A stretch of 64,000 nucleotides of DNA, taken from the NCBI GenBank assembly GCA_905178155.1, contig CAJINV010000004.1, forward strand, positions 6,720,842 through 6,784,841. The letters are read 5' to 3'. Below are positions 24,601 through 36,311 of the stretch, one piece after another; within the stretch, counting starts at the first letter, position 1; each line of letters begins with the position of its first letter. Both the position numbers and the translations under genes were made by a program. The stretch comes from Amoebophrya sp. A120. Taxonomy: Eukaryota; Protista; Dinoflagellata. A model generated the notes under the pieces. It made no database searches and was not told where the DNA came from. It saw only the letters and a list, made by a program, of their open reading frames with translations.

Positions 24601-26156
24601 CGCTGCAGCGCCAGCGGTATGAACTGCAAAAGCATCGTACTAGTATAAATCGCATGGCAAATTTTCTCAGCATGAGAAAGGAAATTTGTAATGCGGACTC
24701 GCCTTAACATAAAAAAATTGTCTTGCATACATGCGATTAGTACGAGTACGATACTTTTGCACAGGATAAGCGGTGACGAAGTGGTGTCGAAAGCGAGATG
24801 CAATCCGTCGAAGTTATACCTGTCGATCGTCAGACGGGAAAAATCATTGGAGAAAAATTATGGAAGACTAGTCGCAAACGTGGAGACTTTGCAATCCAGG
24901 TTGAATTTGTTTCGGAGAAAAGTGGCAACGCCCCTGGACGTCAGTTCGACCTCTTTTGGTGGATCCTCGGGCTCAGCTATTGGGCAGCAGGCAGCAACGA
25001 TGAAAACAGCTGTTTCGAACAATTTCAACGTTTTGCAGGCTAAGGCGACCGAGACCGAGCAGGAATTGGCGAAGGTGCAGACAAGTGTCGCGTCGAATGC
25101 GAACCTCCTCGCCTCCGCGCTCTTCGCGCGGACGTTTGCGAGTGCGCGGGCGGATCAAAACACGACAGCTACTGCTCCAGGCACAAATAATGCCAGCGTT
25201 GTAGTTGTCGCGACCCCTCTTGATGTTCCCGTTTCTGGTGGCGGCGGAAGCACTGTTAAAAATGCGCCGTTTTGGCAGGAGTTGGACCGCCGCAGCCCGC
25301 GACTCGATCAAATGATCAACCAAACCCAGGGTTTACAGGAGAAAGTGGCGCCGACAAGTACAACTTCTACTTCTAGAGAGAATAATAGCTCTACAACTTC
25401 TACTTCTTCCAATGGAACCGCAACCACAGCATCAGCAGAAACGGGCCAAGCCAATAACACCGCCACCGGGTCGTCGCTCTCTGTGCGGGAGCGGGTGCGC
25501 AAACTCGAGACGGATTGGGAGGAAGCGAAGCCACTGATCGAGAAAAAAATGGTATCCTGAGTAAAAATGTCCCCACCCCAGAGTTGTCATGCAGATTTGC
25601 GATTACATACAGGAAGATTTGTAATGCGCATCTCCTTCAGGGGCGTTTCCAATCGTGTTTTGGAATTTGTAATGCTGTAAACAGGATAAGCAGATGGATT
25701 TGTGATGCGGTTGTCGTTGCTAACTTGCACTACACTACGGACTGCAACTTGTCATGCGTGACTTCCAAAACTTCTGGATTTGTGTTGCTAAGTTCCCACC
25801 TTGACTCTGGTGTGGGGACGTTTTTACATATGATAAATGGCGAAATTCTCGGAAAACGAACACAAGACTTTGAGTAATCCGGTGGAATACTTCGTGAATT
25901 TGACCGCTTCGGATGTTTTATGCTGTGCAAAACTATCGTACTCGTAGTAATTGCAATCATGCATTACAAATTCCTTTTTCAAGGTAAAACCGCATTAGAA
26001 ATATCATTTCTCACACAGGCAGAGGAAATTTGTAATGCATTTATACGAGTACGATACTTCTTGTGCATTGAATATGTTTTGTCGAACGAGATGAAGGCGA
26101 TCATCCTCGGGGTCGCGAAAAACTGGGGAATGGCGGTGAAATTGGGTAGTATGTAG
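21678..26156 (+). CDS. Secreted cysteine-rich repeat (sushi/CCP-like) protein with coiled-coil C-terminal part; 7 introners
   Basis: Signal-like MLRGGWRALVLVWVAG; repeated C..GxxC...CxxGF...GxFxC....C modules; frame continues across elements into the repeat at 26150; true end may lie beyond 26882. Confidence 0.7.
22448..22667. mobile_element. Introner family B (in-frame, stop-free)
   Basis: TATGAGAGTGCACAAC...GTTGTGCACTCTCATG; TSD CTGCA. Confidence 0.9.
23025..23174. mobile_element. Introner family A
   Basis: TATCCTGTGCAAAAGTATCG...CGATACTTCTGCAATGCATA; TSD TGAAG. Confidence 0.9.
23625..23930. mobile_element. Introner, single-copy type (306 bp)
   Basis: TATTGCAATGAAAAATGCCCCCACCCC...GGGGTGGGGGGCACTTTTCACTGTAATA; TSD TCAGA. 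Confidence 0.9.
24090..24300. mobile_element. Introner (~210-bp type)
   Basis: TATCGCAAGAAAAAAGTGTTACAG...CTGTAAAACTTTTTTCGTGGGATA; TSD TGCGT. Confidence 0.85.
24618..24768. mobile_element. Introner family A
   Basis: TATGAACTGCAAAAG...CTTTTGCACAGGATA; TSD AGCGG. Confidence 0.9.
25553..25835. mobile_element. Introner family C
   Basis: TATCCTGAGTAAAAATGTCCCCAC...GTGGGGACGTTTTTACATATGATA; TSD AATGG. Confidence 0.9.
25919..26074. mobile_element. Introner family A
   Basis: TATGCTGTGCAAAACTATCGTACTCGTA...TACGAGTACGATACTTCTTGTGCATTGAATA; TSD TGTTT. Confidence 0.85.
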
Positions 26157-26882
26157 TGAGGTCACCGAACGGTTCTAACCAGGGAGTTTTTTTGACAGCT
26201 ACCCTGAAAAACGACCGGCAGTTTTCAAGCGGCCGGAGGCGTTTTTTGACATAAAAATTTTTTAATTATCAAGCGGACGGGGCTTTGCCGTCAAACAAGC
26301 CCGGTCGAAAACTATCGACTCGCACTTGATAAAACGACGCAGGGGAGCCGGCAAAAGGGGCGCCCTTCTGAGGCGCCCGCCGCCTTGGTTTCTGGCGATT
26401 TGGGGCGCCCAAAAAGGGGCGCGCAAAAAACGCGCCCAAAATCAGAACAGCGAAACAGCACGGCACGGCCGCGATTTCGGAGCATTTTGGGCGGCCGCGA
26501 AAGCGGCTGCCTTTTCGCCGGTTTCAGAGCCTGGGAAGCTTTGCAAAAGGCGCCGGCGTGAAAAATAAAAACGCGAAAAAGAAAAAGCGCCCCAGGCGCG
26601 CAAAGCCAATCCGCATGCTATGGGCCCGATTTTCCTTCGCTTTTTGGGCGCCCCCCGTGGCACCCGGATCGGCCCCATAGCATGGGGGCTGTCCTTCGGA
26701 AAGGAATTTCGGTAATTTGCCAAAATTTGCGATGTTTATCAAGCGGCCGCCATACCGTGCGGCCTAACGTTACTCCCGGCGGTATGGCGAGCCCAGAAAA
26801 AGCAAAGCCGCGGCCAAGGCGATGGCCGGCAAGAAAACGCCCACGACCTCACTACCTCCGCCCCGGCGGCTATATTTGGTAG
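26150..26882. mobile_element. ~730-bp dispersed repeat, copy 2 (Helentron-like), inserted at the 3' end of the Cys-rich gene
   Basis: Same termini and body as 3574-4306; GGTAG at 26145-26149 and 26878-26882. Confidence 0.75.
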
Positions 26883-27153
26883 CTCCTCTGCGGGGGGTGG
26901 CAGTGGTGGTGTTGGGTCAGGATCTGTTTGACGAGTAACAATTTGTCCTCACATCAAGCTGAATATCAATATTCGTATTGTGCTTTTCTTTTCCACAAAA
27001 TGAAAAAAGAGCTTTGGTAGCGCAGCTCCCGATGTACGTTTTCTTTTCTCTTGAGGTTGAAATAACGTTCCGTAAGAGGTGTGGAAGATAGATCGCCTAT
27101 TTTCACCAGCACCGGAGCCCATCGCCCGACCTAGAGTTGCGGAACCCGCGTGC

Positions 27154-29400
27154 ATGTCTGATATGTTCGCCAGTGCTGGGAAGGCGGAGTCGGAGACGAG
27201 GGTAGGGGAAAGTATGCCAGCGTAGAACTGAAGTAAGTTTTTTTATCTTCCGAAGAGGGGGCTGCGCAGCGGCTGCGGCGTTTGTTGAGAGAGAGAGAGA
27301 GAGAGAGCGTGCGCGTGTGTTAGAAAGGAGTGACTCGCGCAGCGTTTCGAGTTAGCCGAGTTTTTTTTTCATGAAGACCAGGACGTCCTATTTTTGCTTT
27401 TATTTTTTAGCAGTGGGCGGCGGTGTTGATGTTGAAGACGCTCAAGCTCCTCCACCGGGACATAAAACCAGGAAGCTTGGTGCTCGCCGAGGACTTCTGC
27501 GGGGCGGGAATCGGTGCCGGATCTCCACACGGCGGCGCGTGCGGGCTTTCCGGTGGAGCGGTTCAGTGTGCAGGACATAATCGAAGAGGGCGCGGCTCGA
27601 TTCCTGTGCGCTAACAAGGACACGCAGAAAACCGGCTTTCGCGTTACCCAGCTGGGCGCGGAACTCTTCCCGGGAGCCCAGTCGGGCGGCGTTCGCCTGG
27701 CACGCAAAAGCCCCGAGCACCTGGAAGCCCCCAGCGCGGCGCCGTTCCGCCGCGCGCCCGCGCCGGGGGGGGCACTTCGCAGGCCCTGCGAACCATCCAA
27801 CGCGATACGCCGGGCCGGTTTTGCCCGCCGCCTCCTGCCGTGTTGCTTGAAATTGCCGCGCACGCGTACGCGGCGCGCCCCAGCCAGTGGCGGCCTGATC
27901 CGCTGGCCCGCTTGCTAATTGCCTGGGGTTGACTGTCTGTCCGCGCTGCTGTGTCGCCGCACTGGCGCTGGATGCATGCGGCGCGGCCAGAACCGCGGGC
28001 GGGCGCTTGAACATCGATCCAGGCCGCCCCGCATTTGGGGGTCGCAGGTTCATCCCCCGCTCACATGACGCACCCGGCCGTATCGAAGTATTTCCCTCTG
28101 CATCTGAGTACACTGCATGTGCTTAAACGTCTCACCAGCTACGGGCGCATCAGTCCCCACGTCTAGTTGTAGGGCCCATGTCTGATATGTTCGCCACTGG
28201 GAAGCCGGAGTCCATCGGAGTCGAGGGCGCAACAACGTATGCCAGCGCAGTATTGAAATACTTAGTTGTTGGAGGAGGTTTGTTTCTTCCGCGCCGGAGG
28301 GGGCTGTTCCGTGGGTGCGGTGTACATTGAGAGGGAGAACGAGTGGTGCGTGATAGTGCAGTGACTGGAGTGTCGTGTGGAGTTGACCGGGATTATTTTC
28401 ATGAAACGCGAAAGCAGAGAGGACCAGGATATTTTTGCATTACTCCGATCACAAATCCAATCTTCCTCGTCTAGGTTGTGGCTTGAAAATCATGGACAAT
28501 CCGCTGCGGGCGCCGGCCGGTGCGGTCAAACCGCTAAAAGGGGGCGTAATGTCTAGCGAGATCGTGACGAGACAGGGGGCGCGGGCGACCATCCAAGGCC
28601 GGCGCCCTCCCGGCTCGGGACGCGGTCGATCCGCAATGGACCGGGCAGCCCCTGCGCGAGACCCGATCGCCCGAAAAGGCCAAGAAACCGCGCTTCGCCG
28701 GCTTCGGGCGCTTTCGGAGACGCGCAGGCGCTCCGCTGGTGAAAGCAAGACGCCCCCCGGAGGCGCCCGGGCCTTTCGTCCGACCACAGGGGATTTTTTC
28801 GGGAGGGGCCCGCAGCCGGACAATTCGACCGCGGCAGCTTCCTCGCGCAGGGACTGATGAAGGCCGGGATGAAATTTCACGGCGCAGGTACCTCCGCCCG
28901 TTCGACGCAGTGCGCGGGGGCAGCGGCAGCCCGCGAGGGAAAAACAGCGGCGGCCATGTGGATTGTCCCGCGGGGCCACCCAGCAGGGCGGCCGAAGCCC
29001 TGCAAACGCGGGCCCGCGACGAGCCGCGCTCGCTGTGTGCGCCGCCTGTTAGTTAAGCAGCTGCTGCCTGGGGTCTGTGGCCATGGGGCGCGCCCACGTG
29101 GTGGCGCGGTTGCCTGTTCCGCTGGGGCTGGCAGGGCGATTCCCTGTTCGCGTTTTTAGTTTTGTTGCATGCCTGCGCCGGCGTTGTCGCGTGGCCAGTG
29201 CATCATCTAGCGGGCGCTTGGACATGCAAGCCGCCCCTTAGCTGCGGGGGGGGAGTCGTGCCCCCCGGTTTCGGCGGCGCGCCGGAAGTGTATGTCCGTC
29301 TGTGCCGCGGGGTTCTGACGGCCAAGCCGCGCGTCGTTTTATCAAAAATTTTAATGTGGTGAGCAGAGAGAGACCGGGACGACCGGCAGGACATGTTCCA
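27154..29400. repeat. Diverged GC-rich tandem duplication (units of ~1.0 and ~1.2 kb)
   Basis: ATGTCTGATATGTTCGCCA at ~27154 and ~28178, each followed by colinear GTATGCCAGCG, GAGGGGGCTG, TTTTCATGAA, TGCCTGGGGT and GCGGGCGCTTG(A/G)ACAT blocks. Confidence 0.55.
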
Positions 29401-30195
29401 GTCGGCTCAGCAGTCAGAGTGCCGGAGGCAGGTGCTGCGTGTTCATGTCGACAAGAAAATCAGCGTCCCAAGGATGCCCCTATTTTAGTCGCGCCTGTTT
29501 TGCAATTGTGACGTGTTGATATTCAATCCACCTGGCTGCAATTATTCGCTCCTTGCCGGTTATTTCTTTTCCACCCTCCCTAAACGAGGGTACAACGAAA
29601 GCTCGGTTGCTTGCCAGTACTACGCTGCGTTCCTTTCGTATCTTTCTAGAGAGCACGAAGTTAATTATCGGTCCTCGGAATTCAGCAGGCTCCCTAACGG
29701 CGTCCTCTTGGTAGTCTTTGATTGTCGTTCGTGATTTTCGTTGTTCGTGCATGTGAGTATTTCTTTATGAAAGGCAAGCGCTGAGTGATGTAGGTGTAGC
29801 TCTCGTCGGTGATGTTGCAGTTGCTTTTCTGTCGTGCGTGACCATCATTATGTGTACGCTCGTACTTCCACTCGTACCGTGACCGTTTCCACAAGGCTTT
29901 TCTTCGTCGGCGCAACTCGTACAATGACAATCTAGGTGGCCTACTGCTCAACTATACCGTACAGCAATTCGTCAATTTGGTTTCGCTTTGTCGTCGCCCT
30001 GATCCCACTGGCCATCTCCTCAAACCAAGGATATTTCTCTTTTCTTGTTCTTCACACACAGGTGGGCGCGAAGTTTGCGGAACCCGTTAAAGAGATAGCG
30101 TCGTAATAAGTAATTGTGTTTCCGTGCAACAAATTTGACTTTATTTTTAGATCGAGTCGCTGCATCTCGCGAGCATATCTTGCTAAAGACCGACA

Positions 30196-32051
30196 TTAGA
30201 CAAGGAAAATCGCAGAAGTTCATCAAAAATCGAACACCTCCCTGCCCGGGGCTCCCGGGGAATATAGTTCATTTGCGCGGGCCCCAACCATTTCGCATTT
30301 CCCCCCTTCGGAGCCCGCCCCGCCATGCGCTGCCGCTGGCATGTGTGTCGTTTTTAGTTCTCACGCCTGCGCATGTACGAGCCGAAGCGATCCCAGCACT
30401 TGCTCTACAGTCTTGCTCCGATTCAAAGGCGCGCGTCCATGAGAAAACAGCTCCAAGGGGTTCGAAGGTGGTGCGCGTTTACAATGAGTCGCATTGTTTC
30501 GAAAACGTTTCCGGCCCCCATTTCTTGTCCTGTCGCAGCGCGGAGCCCTTCCAGTTTGCCACCTGAATCGCTCGCGCAACCCGAATAATGTAGAGCAGCA
30601 CCGCCACATTCACCAGCAGAACCACCCAAAGCGCCAGAAACAAACCAGCAGCCGCCCAGCCCGTTTCCCCGCCCCGGCCCGGCTGTCGGAAGCGCCGGGC
30701 AAAGGCGTCACCGAAAGCGCCGCGGCCCTGTCGGAAATCGCCGGCCGGGGCGGCCGCGATACCAGTGGCGTGGCCCGATGCGGTGCGTTTTGCATGTGCG
30801 GCCACCGTCCGATGGCCGGAGGCCCCCCGAACGTCTCGCCCCAGTTCTGGAAAGCTTCTGGCAGATTCAAAAGCGCGCGGCCCTGAGCCCGCCTTCGCTG
30901 CGACCGGAAGCGTTGCCTGGCGGCCGGGGCGGCGGCCGGTCCGAAGGGAGCAGCCTGGCGCGCCCCGGCGTGGCCCCGGGGCCGCCGGCGTTCTCTTTGG
31001 CCAAAAGCGAAAAGAGCTGCTTCCGCGGCCGCCGGGGGCCCCGGCCGGGCAGCCAAAGGGGCCCCCTTTTTCACAAAAAAAAACACCCCCAAAAAGCACC
31101 CCCCTTGGCAAGCCTTTCCTCCACCTGAAACTGGGGAATTCCGCGCCCAAAAAAGTACCCCCCCAAAGCACCCCCCTGAGGGGCCCCCCGGCTTCGCCTT
31201 CGGACAGGAGTTCCTCCCGGTTTTCCCTTCTCGCCTTTTTTGTTTTGCTGCCCCCATGCCCGCTATATTCCCAGGGCAAGCATGTCCCAAGACACCCACG
31301 GCCGCACGCTTTTGGAAAAAAGAACGGCGGGCCGCCTCGTCTTCGCAGCCAATGCGGGCACAAGGCCGCGCGCTTTTGCATCTCCCAAAAACTTTCCAGA
31401 ACAGGGGCGAGGCGTTCGGGGTGTCTTCGGCTACCGGACGGAGGCCGCATGCGCAAAACGCATCGCGCCGGCCCGCGCCACTGGTATCGCGGCCGGCCTT
31501 GCCGGCGAATTCCGACAGGGGTGCGCGGACTTCGGGAGCGCATGTGGCCCGGCGCTTCCGGCAACCGGGCCGGGGCGGGGACACGGGCTGGGGGGCTGCC
31601 CGTTTGCTCCTGCGGCTCTGGGTGGTTCTGCTGGTGGATGTAATGTCGCTGCTCTACATTCTTCGGGCTGCTCAAAAGATTCAGGTGGCAAAGTGGAAGC
31701 GTTCTGCGCTGCGACAGGACAAAAAATGGGGCCCCGGAACGTTTTCGGAACAATGGCACCGATTTTAAACGCGCGCCACCTTCGAACGCCTTCGGGCTGT
31801 TCTTTCCTAAGCGCCTACTTTTGAACCGGAGCAGGGCTGCAGAGCAAATGTCGGAGGCGCTTCGGCTCGTACATGCGCAGGCGTGAGAACTAAAAACGAC
31901 ACACATGCCAGCGGCAGCGCATGGCGGGGCGGGCTCCGCAGGGGGGAAATGCGAAATGGTTGGGGCCCGCGCAAATCAACTACATTCCCCGGGAGCCCCG
32001 GGCAGGGGGGTGTTCGATTTTTGATGAACTTCTGCGATTTTCCTTGTCTAA
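30196..32051. mobile_element. 1856-bp foldback element with ~700-bp inverted arms
   Basis: TTAGACAAGGAAAATCGCAGAAGTTCATCAAAAATCGAACACC and its reverse complement ending at 32051; arms pair inward to ~30900/31340; TSD CGACA at 30191-30195 and 32052-32056. Confidence 0.9.
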
Positions 32052-32177
32052 CGACAATTCGTTTTCATATTAGTCCTCCCCAGGACACAAGGAAGCTGTC
32101 TCTCTTAATCCTTGCTTTTTTAGTTCATTTCTCCATCCTTTTCCATATCCTTTTAGCAAAAAGCCTGGCAGCTGCAT

Positions 32178-35009
32178 ATGATGATGGCAGGTGTCGCGGA
32201 CGAGCGGGAAGATAATAGTCTCCATGCAAACCAGCAACAGGAGATCACCGAGAAGACGAAGCTACTCCCTTCTCCGACGGGCGAAACCACGCGAAAGCCT
32301 GCGTGGATTGACAAGGAGAAATACGTTACCGCTTCGCAGGGTGTAGTCCTGCAGGCAGCACAGAAGATCGCAACACGGAATCATGTTGCACCTACAACAA
32401 ATTACAACGACGCAGATGGAGATGGAGATTTGGGCGACCACGATACGGCTTTTCAGCAGAAGCTGTACGCACCCTACCTCATCACGTCGAAATTCAAAAT
32501 CTGGTGCGTTTGCGCAGTCTGGATGTATTACGGGATGGTGCTGTCGACTTACGTTGCGTTCACCATTCCACTAGAGGCAATGCGGATGGCACCGGCGTGG
32601 CAGAGCTCCTTTGTTGTGCTGGAGCGGGTGATCTACGGACTGATGCACTTAACCGCGCCGTTTTTCGGAAAGTATTGATTTCGATTTTTTTTTGTTTAAT
32701 ATTCCGATGCGATATTATTTCAATTTCATGCCATGTGCCTCGTCTCTGCAAGACGCGAAACACATCCAATTTGCACAACAACGAACGATCTGTCTCAACA
32801 CCAGGCTTTCAGACGAGACCCGGCACCCGTGGGGCAAGCGCCGACCTCTGCTCGTCGCGGGTGCGTTTCTGCTCCTGGCCTCGCACACGATGCTGTTTTT
32901 TGCCTCCGACAGGTTACAGATGTACACGTATCTCTTCGCCCTCGCCGGCGCCATGGTGGCCAAGAACCTTATCATTGCCTGCACCTCGGGGTATTTGGCC
33001 GATGTGGTGCCGAAGGAGCTGTCTTCCACCGTGTCTGGGATTACCACACTGCAGTGCGCCACGGGGTGTCTGATTGGTATCCTGTGCAAAAGTATCGTAT
33101 TCGTACTACTTGCAAATATGCATGACAAATTTTTTTCCTAAGGAAAACAGCATTACAAATTCCACTTTCCTTCTTGCCAAAATTTGTATATGCAATTTAT
33201 ACTAGTACGACTACGACACTTTTGCAATGCATAATTGGGTTCGGGCTGCAATATCTCCTCGCCTCCACCGCGGTCAAGTTTACATACGTCTACGTAACCG
33301 GGTTCTACATGCTTGGCGCCCTGCTTTTCTTCTTCGTGGCGTCGGAGCCGCCGAGCGACGTGCAGAGCCTGCAGCGGTTGCGACAGGAATTTGAGAAGGA
33401 AAACACCCACACTGGTGCTAGAAGTACGACTACCCAGGAGATCGGGATTCCTGCACCATCAACCCCTATTACTCCCTCGACCACGGCGCAACATTCGGCG
33501 ACCGATACGGAGTCCGTTGCGAGCAGCCACTTAGTACAGAATGAAGCGGCGGACGACTACTACACGAACCGGCAGCCAAGATACAACAGCACCAACCTCC
33601 ACGCCAGTCTGGCGGACCGCTCAACGCGGGCACCGTCTTTATTATCCTCGCGCGGGCCGACGTTGCAGCGCAGCGGGTACAGCAGCGACGGGCAAACCAG
33701 CGGCATGACAGACGATACGGAAGATTCTGATGCTTATATGAACAACCGCGCGGAAGACATCATTGACACACACATGCGGTACACGCACTACAACAGTGTC
33801 GCGGTGGTTGCAAATTCGACGAATGGGGCCAGTGGCGACAACTATGATAACCCTCGCGACCACCCAGCAGTAGACCAACGGAGAGCACAACAGGAACAGA
33901 CCCGTATAGCACGAGAGCATCACTCGGTTGGAGAAGGGCAGCCACTCGATGAACACTATCAGAAGTTGATGACGCAGCACCAGGATCAGCACAACAATTT
34001 GGATTCGAACGTCGACAAAACAAAGGGGGAGCACGGCGAAAATAAAAATGCTTCTTGGTCTTCCAATACCACCACCTGCTGCACCAGTCTCGCCGCTGCT
34101 TCGCAGTATATGTCGTCCTTTTGGAGCACTTTCTGGCACGCGCTTACCATTTCACCGGACTACCAGTATCTGGTGCTGGTTCGGATTTTCTTTTACGCCG
34201 GCTGCAGTTCCATGAGCATGTTTCTGTTCTACCTGCGGGACGCACTCCATGTCCCTACTAAGGCAGAGGGGATTCAAAAACTCTCGTCCCTCGCCATGAT
34301 TAGCCAGTGTGCGATCATTGTTGTCGCGGTGGGTGCCACGCTGTTGACAAGTCGGGTGTACGCACAGAAGATGCTAATTTTCCTCGGACTGGGGGCCATG
34401 ATGCTGACATTTCTGACGTTGTCTTTCTTACCCATGTTGACTCCGGAATACGCGAACTTGCACAACAAGAACGTCTATGTGGAACAGGACAGCAGTCCTA
34501 CATCAAGTTCGCTGCTAACGGAATCCACTTTGTCTATGATCGTACACGTGGGCGGCTTCGGGTACGGCCTGGGCACGGGGTGCATGGCGGTGGGGGACAT
34601 GGGGCTCGCTCTGAAGCTTGTTCCGGCCGGGGTAGGAAACGGAGCGGCCATGAGCATTTTCGGCCCGAGCATCACCTACGGGTTTGTCCTCGGCAGCATA
34701 ATGATCGGGACGGTCTTGCAGTATTTTAAAATACCTGGTGGCGCGGAGGACAAGGAACACTCCGCCGTGGAGCTGGCTACGGCGGCAAGCCGGAAGCAAC
34801 AACCGCTCGACCACATGGCCTCGACCACAGCGCCGCCGACTTCCAAGGCAGATTTCAATGGAGTTTTGTGGGAGCCGGGCTACACCGAGGGCGGGCACCA
34901 AGTGATAGCGATGTGCTCCCTGGTTCTGTGTGGGATTTCCGCCGCGCTGCTGTACACCGTGGACACGCGTCGGGCGCTCGCGAAGACCGCGAATGGGGAG
35001 CAGGAATAG
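32178..35009 (+). CDS. MFS transporter, GPH/SLC45 sucrose-transporter-like, paralog 1
   Basis: LSDETRHPWGKRRPLLVAG loop motif, about 12 hydrophobic segments and a large central loop; GT-AG intron ~32672-32804 and one introner. Confidence 0.85.
33078..33233. mobile_element. Introner family A
   Basis: TATCCTGTGCAAAAGT...ACTTTTGCAATGCATA; TSD ATTGG; removal restores CLIGFGLQY. Confidence 0.92.
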
Positions 35010-36311
35010 AAGATGTGGCGAAGTGCTTTTTTTTTAATACACAGAGAACTCATATGCAAATACGTTTTCTTTGTACAAATACGAACGAGTTTTGCTTTTG
35101 TTTCGTCGAGTCAGGCAACGAAAGTTCGATTCGATTGCCAAGGATCGTTATGGAAGTCTTGAGCGGAGTCGCGCTCGCACAGTTTCAGTTGACTTCCACC
35201 ATATTTTTGCAAAGGCGAATCGGCCCTTTACCGCCGCCCTTATTTTCATTTTTCGGGTCGTTGGTTTACATGATACGCATACTTTAGTACATAGCTCCAC
35301 GCATTCCATAAAACGGTAACGGCTGTGGTTTGCGGGTAATAAAGTCCATTCCGAGTTTTTTTTGTTTTTCGCGTTGTATGCGCCTGCTTGCGCTCTCCCT
35401 TAGTAGTTCCGACGGTAAGTAAGTAAGGAGTTACTTCTTTCGATAATTAGAGAAGAGCATCCTGCTTGCGCTGCATTAACTTTTTGCAGTCAGTTGTAAA
35501 CACGACTACACCCGAAGCCGAACCTCAACGCTGTATGGTAGACGATTGTTATCGTGCTGTTTGTCTTATACTTATTCGCGGATTTGTCACGTACATTACA
35601 ACAAAATCGAATCTCCGCTCCTGCTTGCAGGAGGGCTGTTCTTGATTTACACGAAAGGGAGGAATTCAACTACTACTTTGTTAGGACTCGAAAAGAAAAG
35701 CAAGCAATCATCGGTTCGTTGGTTTTATTCATGCAGCCTACGGCTGGATAGTTAAATCAATCTATTGGCAGCTCTTGAAAAAATTCGGTTGTCTTTGCGG
35801 TTTCGGAAATTTTCGGTTTGATGGCTACATGACTACAGGTATTGGCATTAGGTTCAGATTCGGTACGCGTGCGACCTCTTGTTTAAAAAGATATCGTCTT
35901 GTGGTTTGTCGATGTCGGTTTTTCAGCGCCTTAGTATAGGTAGCGTAGTCATGTCGGTTTGAGGTGCTTGACAAGGATTGAGTCGGTCTGTCCGTCGTGC
36001 CGGAAATGAGACTCTGTCGGAACGTATATATTCGTATTTGATACAACCTGGAAAATGATATTTTCCTGTATCTGTGCATTGCATTTTCAACCCAACCTTT
36101 TCGATCCAAACAGACAGGAGCAGGACACCACATTGTGTTTGTCCTTGTCTTGCATTTTCTCTACCACATTTTGCTTTTGCAACTTTGACGATGAGGGTTA
36201 TGAGCAAGGTAACTTGAATTCTCCGTCTCCCCCCCACGACGCGCTTTTTTAATACACCACTAAGTTTTACGTTCGTTTTCCTTCTAGCCATCTCGCCAGT
36301 AGCTGTACCCT

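Noticed and set aside
27286-27308. (GA)n run, and similarly (GAACAA)n near 44913
   Set aside because: Ordinary microsatellites
30479-31906. 475-aa and overlapping ORFs in the foldback as a transposase
   Set aside because: GC-rich low-complexity translations open in several frames, with no DDE, HUH or tyrosine-recombinase motif
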